Source: a virus
Lineage: Duplodnaviria; Caudoviricetes
Direction: 5' to 3' (one strand)
IMG/VR virus record: IMGVR_UViG_3300033066_001173
Location: 4,880-68,879 of that record
DNA length: 64,000 nt
In this document: piece by piece, positions 1-8,336 of the stretch
Position numbering within the stretch: position 1 is the stretch's first letter
Layout: each line of letters begins with the position of its first letter
Program-made: the position numbers and the translations under genes
Notes under the pieces: generated by a model
Seen by the model: only the letters and a program-made list of their open reading frames with translations
Databases searched by the model: none
What the model was told of the DNA's origin: nothing

Positions 1-380
1 TCAAATACGCTTATCAATAAAAAGTATGCTATAATTATCAGTTGCGCTCCTAATATTCCAAGCATCATTTGAGTCAATTCGCTTCTGATTAATGTAGCCA
101 ACCATAAAAAAAATCCGAGAATTAGCACTACGCTCATTGCCATTAATATTGTAACTATAAACTTGTTCAAGTTTGCATTTCGTGTTTTTAGTTTCCATAT
201 TAATTCCTTCACCCTCTTCTCCGCCCAAGTTTGCTTGTAGTCGCAATTAACATACTCAATCATTCCTAATCTCATTGGGCTTGCTATCTCTATTCCAATT
301 GATGATTTTATATGAAAGTCGGCAAAATCTACTTCTAGTAACACAGGGTGCGAAGTAATTAAATTTTCTGTCTTTTTCAT
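1..380 (-). CDS. Hypothetical membrane protein, truncated by the window edge
   Basis: Read by hand from ATG at 380: MKKTENLITSHPV...FIVTILMAMSVVLILGFFLWLATLI...MMLGILGAQLIIIAYFLLISVF, open to position 1, with two hydrophobic helices. More plausible than the overlapping 1..246 track ORF. Confidence 0.5.
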   Translation of the reverse strand, partial: MKKTENLITSHPVLLEVDFADFHIKSSIGIEIASPMRLGMIEYVNCDYKQTWAEKRVKELIWKLKTRNANLNKFIVTILMAMSVVLILGFFLWLATLIRSELTQMMLGILGAQLIIIAYFLLISVF

Positions 381-458
381 TTATTTTTTATGTTCGTTAT
401 GCCAGTCGATGAATTGAAGCCAACCCCCTTCTGCTAACTTACTTTAATTTTTTTCTAT

Positions 459-794
459 TTAACTTAATAAGTATGTCAAGCAATTCCTCTGCTGTATTAG
501 TTTTTTCAAGTCGGGATTGTTTGAATAATCCTTCGGAGGCTTTAATCCTTTGGACTTCCTCTCTTCAATCACCGGAAGAAATCGAGCCCTTATAAATTCT
601 ATTTTAAAAACAACTTCGTCAAGCTGCCTCCTAAGAGATGGCTCGTCTTGCTTTAGCTCCAAATAATTACGCAGAGATCCAATCATAGCGATACGATTTA
701 GAATTTTCTTTTTTTCTCTTGGCTTAATTTCTTCTCTTTTTGCGTCAGAGGTTAAGCGTTCAATCTCCTTGTCTACTTCTTGGATAGATTTCAT
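459..794 (-). CDS. Hypothetical protein (basic, helical)
   Basis: 111-aa ORF in the leftward operon with an A-rich leader; no motif recognised. Confidence 0.6.
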   Translation of the reverse strand: MKSIQEVDKEIERLTSDAKREEIKPREKKKILNRIAMIGSLRNYLELKQDEPSLRRQLDEVVFKIEFIRARFLPVIEERKSKGLKPPKDYSNNPDLKKLIQQRNCLTYLLS

Positions 795-845
795 GTTTAT
801 TTTTTATAGTCAATTATAGAATAAATCATTTGCTTTAATTTAATT

Positions 846-1094
846 TCAAGTCCAATCTTTCGTTGAAAAAATTTCTCTAAGTTTTTCGTAATCACTGCAA
901 TCATCCCATATATTACTCTTGTCCGCCCACCTTTCATTTACCGATATTCTTTCAAGAATATTAATTCTATCGTCTATTGCTCGAATCATTAAGTATTTTT
1001 CATCATCAGTAAACAATTTTTTAATTACCCAAAATCGAATATTTCGAATTAATATTTTTAATAACTTTTGTTTTTTAATAAAGTATTTTTTCAT
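846..1094 (-). CDS. Hypothetical protein
   Basis: 82-aa ORF directly downstream of DnaB on the same strand. Confidence 0.55.
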   Translation of the reverse strand: MKKYFIKKQKLLKILIRNIRFWVIKKLFTDDEKYLMIRAIDDRINILERISVNERWADKSNIWDDCSDYEKLREIFSTKDWT

Positions 1095-1101
1095 ATTTCA
1101 C

Positions 1102-2481
1102 CTAGAATTGACTATTAAAATCCCTAAATGTTGTTGTTCTTCCCTCAAATTCACACATAATTGTATCCAACGATCCGTTCCTGTTTTTTGCTATTATTAT
1201 TTCAGCTATTCCTTTTAGCGAAGCTCCTTCTTCGTCTACAGCATTCTGATCATAATACTCTGGGCGGTGTATAAATAGAACAATGTCTGCATCTTGCTCT
1301 AAGGATCCAGACTCTCTAAGGTCTGACAGAACTGGCTTTTTAGCTCCTCCTCTTTTTTCAACATCCCTGCTAAGCTGAGAAAGCGCAATAACTGGAACAT
1401 CCAAGTCTTTTGCTATTCCCTTTAATGCCCTGGATATATTGCCAATCTCCTGGTCTCTGTTTATTTTTCCACTGCTATTGTCGGTCATTAATTGGATGTA
1501 GTCTATTACAATAAGGCCTATCCCCTTTTCTCTCTTTAATTTAGAGGCCTTCGACCTGAGTTCACGTATAGACAAAGAACTGGTGTCGTCAATGAAAATA
1601 GGGAGTTCTCCTACTTCTTTAGAGGCCGACTTAAATTCACCAACCTCCTGTTCTAGTAAATGCCTTCTTCTTATTCTCTCAACAGATAACCGGCTTTGCT
1701 GGGAGATAATTCTAACAGCAACCTGCTCTGCGCTCATCTCGCAAGAGAATATAGCTACCGGTATTCCATGTTTTTGTGATGCAACTTTTGCAAACCCTAT
1801 TGCTGCGCTTGTCTTTCCCATTCCAGGCCTAGCTGCTATTAATATCAAATCCGACTTTTGCCATCCTCCAGTTCTTTTGTCAAGATCAAGTATTCCGCAC
1901 GGAACTCCAGTTACTCCCATTCTCAGCGACTCCTCGTAATTAACAACAGCGGAGTTAGATATTTCTGATATATGCTTCACATCCCTAGATTGAAGTTCAC
2001 CAGAAATACTTGTTAGCTTCTTCTCTAAAGATCCTAGCGTATCAAATACGTCAACCGTTTTTCCATAACATTCTTGTATCGTCTTTGTGCTTATTTTTAT
2101 AAGCTCACGCTGTATGTGCATTTGCCTTAAAATAGCAACGTGAAATTCTACATTAGAAGAAGATGCTACGCTGTTCGCTAAAGAGGAAATGTAAAAAGGA
2201 ATAGTCATTCCTTTCGGAGGAGATATTCCACTTTTTTTACAGGCATTGCAAACAGTTATAATTTCTATTGGCATTTTTCTGTCAAACAAAGACAGCATTA
2301 CTTTGTAAACCTCGTGGTGTATCGATAGGTAAAACGCCTCCGCAGACAATCCTGACGCCATGTAGATAGCGTCAGAATCTATAAGAATAGCCCCCAAAAT
2401 GGCTTCTTCTAGTTTTATGTCGTGCGGAGGCATCCTTCCTGCCTCAAAAGAATCAATCAATATTTTATTTCTATTGTTCAT
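1102..2481 (-). CDS. dnaB: Replicative DNA helicase DnaB
   Basis: N-terminal PPHDIKLEEAILGAIL, Walker A AARPGMGKT, IVIDYIQLM, ALSQLSRDVEKR, LSDLRESGSLEQDAD. Start moved to ATG 2481, downstream of the promoter box. Confidence 0.97.
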   Translation of the reverse strand: MNNRNKILIDSFEAGRMPPHDIKLEEAILGAILIDSDAIYMASGLSAEAFYLSIHHEVYKVMLSLFDRKMPIEIITVCNACKKSGISPPKGMTIPFYISSLANSVASSSNVEFHVAILRQMHIQRELIKISTKTIQECYGKTVDVFDTLGSLEKKLTSISGELQSRDVKHISEISNSAVVNYEESLRMGVTGVPCGILDLDKRTGGWQKSDLILIAARPGMGKTSAAIGFAKVASQKHGIPVAIFSCEMSAEQVAVRIISQQSRLSVERIRRRHLLEQEVGEFKSASKEVGELPIFIDDTSSLSIRELRSKASKLKREKGIGLIVIDYIQLMTDNSSGKINRDQEIGNISRALKGIAKDLDVPVIALSQLSRDVEKRGGAKKPVLSDLRESGSLEQDADIVLFIHRPEYYDQNAVDEEGASLKGIAEIIIAKNRNGSLDTIMCEFEGRTTTFRDFNSQF

Positions 2482-2497
2482 TGTATGAATGAGGTTG

Positions 2498-2528
2498 CAA
2501 ATATACAACAGCTATTTTAACAACGCAA
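2498..2528 (-). promoter_or_regulatory. Bacteroidota-type promoter for dnaB
   Basis: Minus strand TTGC-N19-TATATTTG, followed by CAACCTC. Confidence 0.75.
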
Positions 2529-2540
2529 GTAAAATCGTAT

Positions 2541-3251
2541 TTATTTTTCGTATCTAGATTTATATGGGAATAATTCCTCTAGTTTGTTTTGTAGTTTCCA
2601 GCTCAATCCAATATCGTTAAACCCAAGAAATGACTTGTTATCAAGGACAGACAAGTCCATGCCCTCTTGATTAAAAAACGCCCTGTAGTTGTCTGGCATT
2701 TTAATTGGATTTTTTATTATATTATTAAAGTACAGGCTGTGCGTTGGGTATTGTACATTAACCCAATCATACTTATCCATAACAGACTTGAAAAGAGATT
2801 TATTGATAATCTTTGGTGTGTGCGTTTCGTAATTAAGGCACGGAAGCTTTTCTTTTCTAAGCGCTCTTCTTGTATTAACCAGGCATTTTTTCCAAAACTT
2901 ATTATACCCATTAAATCTATTTCCAATAAGGTCGTATGTGTAATAGGGATGGATATCTTCTTTGAACATGGGCTTTAACATAATCTGGTCATCAGAGCAG
3001 AATAAAAAATCATCAGATATAAATTTTGCATCAATAGAGGATAGTATTTTATTTATGATACAAGCCCCTTTGTTGTTTTTATAAACGTCCTCGGCTGGGA
3101 AATTAATTACCTTTTTTGTCCACGCAGGAGAATCACCAACAATGTATATATCACGAAGGTCCATGAAGTTCGTTTCCAGAGCTCTTAAGCAATACCTAAG
3201 CTCGTTGCACTCCCAATAAGAGGAAGTGTTGTGCGGGATTATTACATCCAT
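2541..3251 (-). CDS. Stealth-family-like (CpsY/XcbA-type) sugar-phosphate transferase
   Basis: ELRYCLRALE..IYIVGDSPAW and ISDDFLFCSDDQIMLKP resemble Stealth CR2 (ELRYSLRS...FLYFNDD); ETHTPKII resembles CR3. Confidence 0.65.
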   Translation of the reverse strand: MDVIIPHNTSSYWECNELRYCLRALETNFMDLRDIYIVGDSPAWTKKVINFPAEDVYKNNKGACIINKILSSIDAKFISDDFLFCSDDQIMLKPMFKEDIHPYYTYDLIGNRFNGYNKFWKKCLVNTRRALRKEKLPCLNYETHTPKIINKSLFKSVMDKYDWVNVQYPTHSLYFNNIIKNPIKMPDNYRAFFNQEGMDLSVLDNKSFLGFNDIGLSWKLQNKLEELFPYKSRYEK

Positions 3252-3802
3252 TATTCTGCGGTAATAAACAAAGCCCCAACCCTGGCTCCTGTTGCTTCTT
3301 TATTAAAATAGTATTTGTAGTTCTTTCCATACACAAGTTCTATATACGGCTTAATGGCTTCAAGTGTATATTCTTGGTCATCGTAAGTGTCATATTTCAT
3401 TGTGGGATCATCCGGATTCTTCATGTCGTGAATACAAATGACAGCCGGCCTTCCGTGTTTAGCAATAGCCTCGAACTCTCCTTTTAATGGAGTTGGGTAG
3501 CCCCAGTGAGAGTCTAGAAAAATCATTAGTGGCTGTAATATATTGGGCAGAATTTCATCAAGAACCTTTGGAGCGTCCCCTAAGTGCATTTCTACATTGT
3601 GGCATCCGATTAATTTATTCTTCGCCTGAACATAAAAATCCTCACGGATTTCTATCGTTACAACATTTCTACATATTTCAGAAAGCCGCTTGGTGGTTTG
3701 CCCTAAATATGAGCCAGTTTCACAAATTGTCTGTATGTGAAATTTGTCAATCAAATGAATAAACTCTTTTTCTAAATATTCGTCTCCGTTAAATGCTTCC
3801 AT
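3251..3802 (-). CDS. Class I SAM-dependent methyltransferase
   Basis: ICETGSYLGQTT (motif I), VVTIEI, IFLDSHW, ICIHD. Confidence 0.8.
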   Translation of the reverse strand: MEAFNGDEYLEKEFIHLIDKFHIQTICETGSYLGQTTKRLSEICRNVVTIEIREDFYVQAKNKLIGCHNVEMHLGDAPKVLDEILPNILQPLMIFLDSHWGYPTPLKGEFEAIAKHGRPAVICIHDMKNPDDPTMKYDTYDDQEYTLEAIKPYIELVYGKNYKYYFNKEATGARVGALFITAE

Positions 3803-4314
3803 GTTTCTCTTCTTTTTATTTTATTTATTGCTGATCTATTGATATTAAACTTAATGGCAAGTTCTTTTTCACTCAAATCGCTACTCCTGATAAAGTAAAT
3901 ATCTTCATTTACAAGTCTAGCCTTGATGCTGTTTTCTCCACTGATGTTTGGCTTTAGCCCACAGTCGATTGAGTGTTTTATATTTTCCTTAGGAGTGCAC
4001 CATTCTAAATTCTCAACACGATTATCAGTCTTAACTCCATTAATGTGGTTTACTTGCGATTTATTCTCAATATTAGGAATGAAGGCCGTGGCAACAAGTC
4101 TATGAACCGAGCAGTACTTTCTGTTGTGGTTGTGTTGAAGGCAGACAAGCCTATACCCGCTAGAATTGATAGGTGCCTTTAGGATTTTATCAGGACTCTT
4201 GCGAAAAAACCTGCCACGTAATTTTCTTATTGACAAAGCCTTGACTCTTCCAAAAGAGCTAATTTCGTATATTCCGACAAATCCCTTAATTGGCCTAAAC
4301 ATCTCTTCCATCAT
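3772..4314 (-). CDS. NUMOD4-HNH homing endonuclease
   Basis: RPIKGFVGIYEISSFGRVK (NUMOD4); VHRLVATAFIPN..VNHINGVKTDNRVENLEWCTPKENIKH (HNH). Confidence 0.93.
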   Translation of the reverse strand: MMEEMFRPIKGFVGIYEISSFGRVKALSIRKLRGRFFRKSPDKILKAPINSSGYRLVCLQHNHNRKYCSVHRLVATAFIPNIENKSQVNHINGVKTDNRVENLEWCTPKENIKHSIDCGLKPNISGENSIKARLVNEDIYFIRSSDLSEKELAIKFNINRSAINKIKRRETWKHLTETNI

Positions 4315-4325
4315 AGCTATGTGTG

Positions 4326-4946
4326 TTAATATTTCACCCAATCCGTTCTACTGGATGGTTTATGATCGTGCCTTTCTGTATATGTGTTATTATAAGGCCC
4401 ATCTAGCTCAATGTCATTTCTAAGTAAAAATAAATTCAAGCCATTGTTGTCGACAATTCTATATCCGTGATCTGACCCAAGACAGCCAAATGCCTCGAAG
4501 CTGGCCCCATAGTAATCATCGTTATTCCATTCGTGATCTGGATTATATTCGATTGTTTGATTAACCCCGACCGGAATAGCCGGATTAAATTCTGCCACTA
4601 TTATTCTTGGAGAATATTCTTCTAAAATAGCACCCAAAATCCATAAATCATTTCCATCAAGATCAATAGACAAAAGATCAAACACATCCGGAACTCTGTG
4701 TTTTCTAAAAAGATCGCAAATGTTTTCCGCAGTAATAAATTCCTTATGCCTGTTTTCATCGATGTTGCCATCGAAAAATCCATCCATCATTAATCCATTC
4801 CACCCTTTTTCTTTTAGATGCCTGGTGTTAGAATTAGAGTATCCATTACCAGATCCAAATTCAACGAAATACTTATTTGTGGTTCCTGCGTTTTGGAATA
4901 TTTTTTTTAATATCTCCTCTTCGTTAAGCTGCGAATATTTTCCCAT
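4326..4946 (-). CDS. FkbM-like SAM-dependent methyltransferase
   Basis: KYSQLNEE, FVEFGSGNG..SNT..L...GWNGLMMDG, DLLSIDLDGND, RIIVAEFN. TAATG overlap with the upstream gene. Confidence 0.8.
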   Translation of the reverse strand: MGKYSQLNEEEILKKIFQNAGTTNKYFVEFGSGNGYSNSNTRHLKEKGWNGLMMDGFFDGNIDENRHKEFITAENICDLFRKHRVPDVFDLLSIDLDGNDLWILGAILEEYSPRIIVAEFNPAIPVGVNQTIEYNPDHEWNNDDYYGASFEAFGCLGSDHGYRIVDNNGLNLFLLRNDIELDGPYNNTYTERHDHKPSSRTDWVKY

Positions 4947-6595
4947 TACTTTTCGTTTAAATATTCCAACCACTCTTTGTTTGTAAGTGGAGTTAAAGCA
5001 AATTTATCTTTCATTTTTTCTTTTTTCTGAGGGAAACTCGCAATCTGCTCTATTATTCTTTTACTGCTAGCCCATCTAAAATTATCCTGAACCAATTTGC
5101 AGCCCTGCTCGGTTATTTGTATTCTTTCGGCCTCGTTCTTTAGATAATGATTTATCAAATATACCATTTCGTCTTCATCCTTAAACGTTCTTAAATGAAC
5201 TCCGTCTATAAAATCTTTCTCTATTCCTGGGTACCACCTTGTCAAACAGAATGCGCCACTACCCATTATCCTAAATATCCTGTCAGAAGAAAATCTTTTG
5301 TGAATAAAGTGATTTGAGTTGATGGCGATCTTGCAGCTGCGATAAACCATAGCCTCTTTTTTAGGCTGATTCATTAAATTGATTGCAGGAATTTCCCATC
5401 CATTTCCACATAATAGAAATTTAGGCCCATAGGTATCATAAAGCTTTTTTGCAATATCACGCCTCTCTTTTGATAAAGGGAATTTATTCCCATAATTATT
5501 GGCCATAAACACAACTTCCGGATGATCCCATATTGTATTTTTAGTTGTTAGCTTGGGGCCGTTTGGATTGAATATCTTGTGCTCAAATCCTATTTGAAAA
5601 AACCACGAACCAACTCCCTCTCTTCTTAGATACTCAGTGTCTGTCTCATTTGACAAGCAGGTTGCATCCACATAGGGTGCTAAATTACTCATCCAAGAAA
5701 TATCTTCACGAACATCTCCACTCCAATTCATTACAAACCCTTTTAGTTGGCTGGCCACAACAGGAGTAATTATGTCTGCTGTTTGAATCTGCATGAATGT
5801 AAAATCAGGATTAAACCGGTTGCTGATTTTAATTATCTTTTCCTGAATTTTTACAATGTCTGTCTTCCTAAGCTCTTCACTCCAGTCGATGTAAACATAT
5901 TCACCGAATGATTTTAACATTGAACTTAACTCAGGCTGACCTGGAAGTGCTATGTGTAAAACCTTTTTAATTTTTTTGTCAGAATAATAACAGCAAGGAA
6001 CCCTTAAATACGGAGGGGGTATGGCATCTTTTGATTTGTAGTTCCTGATATTTGAAGAATGGAGGTGGTAGGACTTTATGTCGATCGATGGATTTACTAT
6101 ATTGTAATTAAGCCCTATCTCGTAAGCTATTCTATTGTCGCACCCCGCCTTCCCTAACTCAAAATTTCCATTCACATTTATTTTTCCTTTGAATATCCAG
6201 CAGTCCTGGCTGTCCTTGTGTGAATGATGGACTGACTTTCCGCTCTTTAAAACATCCCACCTTGAAAGAGATACTACCGTATTTGTATAATCTATTTTTT
6301 TTAACTTCTCTATGTCGTCTTTCTTAAAGAATATATCAGCATTGGCTATTATATTAAGGCCTTCTGGGTTTATGCTCTCTGCAATCCTAAACAAGTCATC
6401 ATATTTTTGTCTTCTACCGATATTAATTACGGTTAATTTTTTATCGTATGGAAGTTTTATTTCAGTGTCGCACACGGCAATCACCCTACTGATCGATTTA
6501 TTTTTCAAGTTCTTTTCGAACAAGCATTCATTAATTTCATTTCTCCTGTGCCTATTTTTATCTAAATAGTACGGAATGATTAAACATACCTTCAT
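4946..6595 (-). CDS. Two-domain glycosyltransferase (N-terminal GT-A-like, C-terminal GT-B CgeB/YkvP-like)
   Basis: N-terminal IIANADIFF and GCDNRIAY; C-terminal YRSCKIAIN...SDRIFRIMGSGAFCLT...LINHYLKNEAER..I...G. Confidence 0.82.
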   Translation of the reverse strand: MKVCLIIPYYLDKNRHRRNEINECLFEKNLKNKSISRVIAVCDTEIKLPYDKKLTVINIGRRQKYDDLFRIAESINPEGLNIIANADIFFKKDDIEKLKKIDYTNTVVSLSRWDVLKSGKSVHHSHKDSQDCWIFKGKINVNGNFELGKAGCDNRIAYEIGLNYNIVNPSIDIKSYHLHSSNIRNYKSKDAIPPPYLRVPCCYYSDKKIKKVLHIALPGQPELSSMLKSFGEYVYIDWSEELRKTDIVKIQEKIIKISNRFNPDFTFMQIQTADIITPVVASQLKGFVMNWSGDVREDISWMSNLAPYVDATCLSNETDTEYLRREGVGSWFFQIGFEHKIFNPNGPKLTTKNTIWDHPEVVFMANNYGNKFPLSKERRDIAKKLYDTYGPKFLLCGNGWEIPAINLMNQPKKEAMVYRSCKIAINSNHFIHKRFSSDRIFRIMGSGAFCLTRWYPGIEKDFIDGVHLRTFKDEDEMVYLINHYLKNEAERIQITEQGCKLVQDNFRWASSKRIIEQIASFPQKKEKMKDKFALTPLTNKEWLEYLNEK

Positions 6596-6795
6596 TTCTT
6601 TTTTAAATAATTAATCCATCCTTCATTGCTTAGGGCGGGTTGCGCAATCCTTAATTCATGTAGTTCGGTCAAAAGAAGATTTATAAGCCTTTCCTTTCCT
6701 ATTGGCTTTCCAGACTTTGCTCTTCGTGATTGTTCGTCAAGTATAATCTGAAGGGCCTTCCCCTCTAATTCTACTAATACTTTTATAGATTCCAT
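6592..6795 (-). CDS. Small putative DNA-binding protein (ribbon-helix-helix-like)
   Basis: First gene of the leftward operon; beta-strand IKVLVEL followed by two helices. ATGA overlap with the glycosyltransferase. Confidence 0.5.
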   Translation of the reverse strand: MESIKVLVELEGKALQIILDEQSRRAKSGKPIGKERLINLLLTELHELRIAQPALSNEGWINYLKKK

Positions 6796-6799
6796 TTCA

Positions 6800-6873
6800 C
6801 AAATATATGTAATATTATATTACAGCAAATGCCTTCATAATAAATTTATTAACAGGCCATTATATTACATTTG
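6800..6873. promoter_or_regulatory. Divergent promoter pair with palindromic operator
   Basis: Minus TATATTTG at 6800-6807; plus TACATTTG at 6866-6873; perfect inverted repeat TGTAATAT-T-ATATTACA at 6808-6824. Confidence 0.7.
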
Positions 6874-6894
6874 TTGAAACTAAAAATAAATAAC

Positions 6895-7128
6895 ATGGCA
6901 CAACTAATTAAACTTTTGGTAGTAAAACGAAACGGGAAAACATTAACCTATCCTACATACGAAGACATCAATCCTCTTGAAATGGAAGGAATTGTAAGTC
7001 TTTCAACAGGAGGGTCTAGATTTACAGCTCTTTCAAAAAGAGTTATTCCTGTGGTGTATGAAGTAGAGCAAACGATTTCTCAAATTAAAGCCCTGGCTAA
7101 TCAACCCGGAACTAACGTGAGTGCGTAA
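6895..7128 (+). CDS. Hypothetical protein
   Basis: MAQLIKLLVVKRNG...; lies between its own promoter and a terminator. Confidence 0.65.
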   Translation: MAQLIKLLVVKRNGKTLTYPTYEDINPLEMEGIVSLSTGGSRFTALSKRVIPVVYEVEQTISQIKALANQPGTNVSA

Positions 7129-7146
7129 TTTTATTTACGTTCAATG

Positions 7147-7175
7147 AAAAGCCCTTCAACATGGAGGGCTTTTTT
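7147..7175 (+). terminator. Rho-independent terminator
   Basis: AGCCCTT-CAACATG-GAGGGCT followed by a T-tract. Confidence 0.85.
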
Positions 7176-7212
7176 ATTTTACTCCGTTTAATTGTTTTTT
7201 ATATATTTGCGC

Positions 7213-7290
7213 ACCCGCTATAAAGTGAGTGAATCACATAGCGCAGAGCACCATTAGTCATTATGTATTTAATGATTACATGGTGCTTGT
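7213..7290 (+). ncRNA. Candidate two-hairpin small RNA
   Basis: Follows TATATTTG (7202-7209). Hairpin CGCTAT..GTGA/TCAC..ATAGCG and hairpin AGCACCAT-TAGTCATTA/TAATGATTA-C-ATGGTGCT; no ORF. Confidence 0.45.
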
Positions 7291-7337
7291 CTATTAAAAT
7301 AAATTTGGAGATATAAAAATCTTTTTTACCTTTGTTC

Positions 7338-7680
7338 CGTTATTGAACTTTTGACGAGGTTCGGAATAACAATAAAAAAACAATTTTTATCGGTATAACA
7401 CCGAGCAAAGCCCTTACTAAGAACCTCGTCAAGTAACATTGGTGGGGTTTTGTGTTTTTAGGGATTAGCAGAAAAACCTTACTGCATTGCGGGTTGAAAT
7501 AGCCTCGGAGAGTTTTTGGTCGCACTGGAAAGAAAGTGGCTGTTACTCTAGAAAGAAATGTTTAAATTGTTGAATGGATGGTAACATTTTCCGCAACAAA
7601 CATACGGCAGCGACAACTCAATGCATGTGTACAAAAGTGTTAATCTCTTTTAGGGGTAAGGGGTTAACATTTTTTTAACA
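7338..7680 (+). ncRNA. Candidate large structured non-coding element
   Basis: Follows TTTG-N19-TACCTTTG (7304-7334). Several stems, a 12-nt complementary pair (7351-7362 with 7421-7432) and no credible ORF. Confidence 0.4.
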
Positions 7681-7722
7681 CCGTCTCGCTCCTCCTCCTG
7701 CAATTAAGATTATAAATATTAC

Positions 7723-7753
7723 TTGCATATATGCAATATAATTACTATCTTTG
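7723..7753 (+). promoter_or_regulatory. Promoter overlapped by a TTGCA-N4-TGCAA palindrome
   Basis: TTGCATATATGCAA-N9-TATCTTTG. Confidence 0.7.
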
Positions 7754-7776
7754 TTGTAACCTTAAAAACTACTACT

Positions 7777-8244
7777 ATGAAAACTATAAAAATGTTATCA
7801 GTAATAATGTTTGTAAGCTTACAATTGCTATCTCAAAGTAACTTAGATATACCGGAAAAGAATCAGATTGTACTTGATGCTGTAGAAGAAGTTATTGGAA
7901 CTAAGGTTGGAAAGGGTATTTGTTTTAATCTAGTTGACTATGCATTAAAAAAAGTTGACGAAAATTGGGATAAAAGATCTGACAGCAAGCATGTTTATGG
8001 AAAAAAAATAAAGAGTAAAAAAATTCTACCTGGAGATATTATCTTGTACAAAGAAGTTCGTTATAAAAATGGGCACCAGACATACAGTCATATAGCTGTG
8101 GTGTATTTTATTCTAGACGATGGAATTTTCAAAATAGCAGAGCAAAATACAAAGGGTAATATACGAAAAAGCATTGTCGTATTAAACAAAGAAAACATAA
8201 ATGAAATAGTCGATGGGAAAGTGGAGTTTTACAGACCATATTAA
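7777..8244 (+). CDS. Exported CHAP/NlpC-P60-like cysteine hydrolase
   Basis: Signal peptide MKTIKMLSVIMFVSLQLLSQ; GKGICFNLVDYAL (Cys), PGDII, SHIAVV (His), AEQN. Confidence 0.7.
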   Translation: MKTIKMLSVIMFVSLQLLSQSNLDIPEKNQIVLDAVEEVIGTKVGKGICFNLVDYALKKVDENWDKRSDSKHVYGKKIKSKKILPGDIILYKEVRYKNGHQTYSHIAVVYFILDDGIFKIAEQNTKGNIRKSIVVLNKENINEIVDGKVEFYRPY

Positions 8245-8336
8245 ATTTGGTAACTATATACTTATTCCACCAAAAAAATGTGGTGTGGTAATGGTTACTT
8301 GCTTGTGGCAGTACGGATAAATTAACTAAATATAAT

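Noticed and set aside
1-246. Track ORF of 81 aa
   Set aside because: It overlaps a longer frame starting at ATG 380 that has an A-rich leader and stays open to the window edge; probably a shadow ORF.
385-440. Short frame AEGGWLQFIDWHNEHKK resembling the end of the 49771-50136 protein
   Set aside because: No start codon; at most a gene remnant and too short to support.
3772-4341. Group I intron around the HNH gene
   Set aside because: Flanking genes are complete with their own starts and stops, and there is no room for intron core elements.
7340-7525. Track ORF of 61 aa on the minus strand
   Set aside because: It is antisense to a promoter-driven structured region, with no leader or motif.
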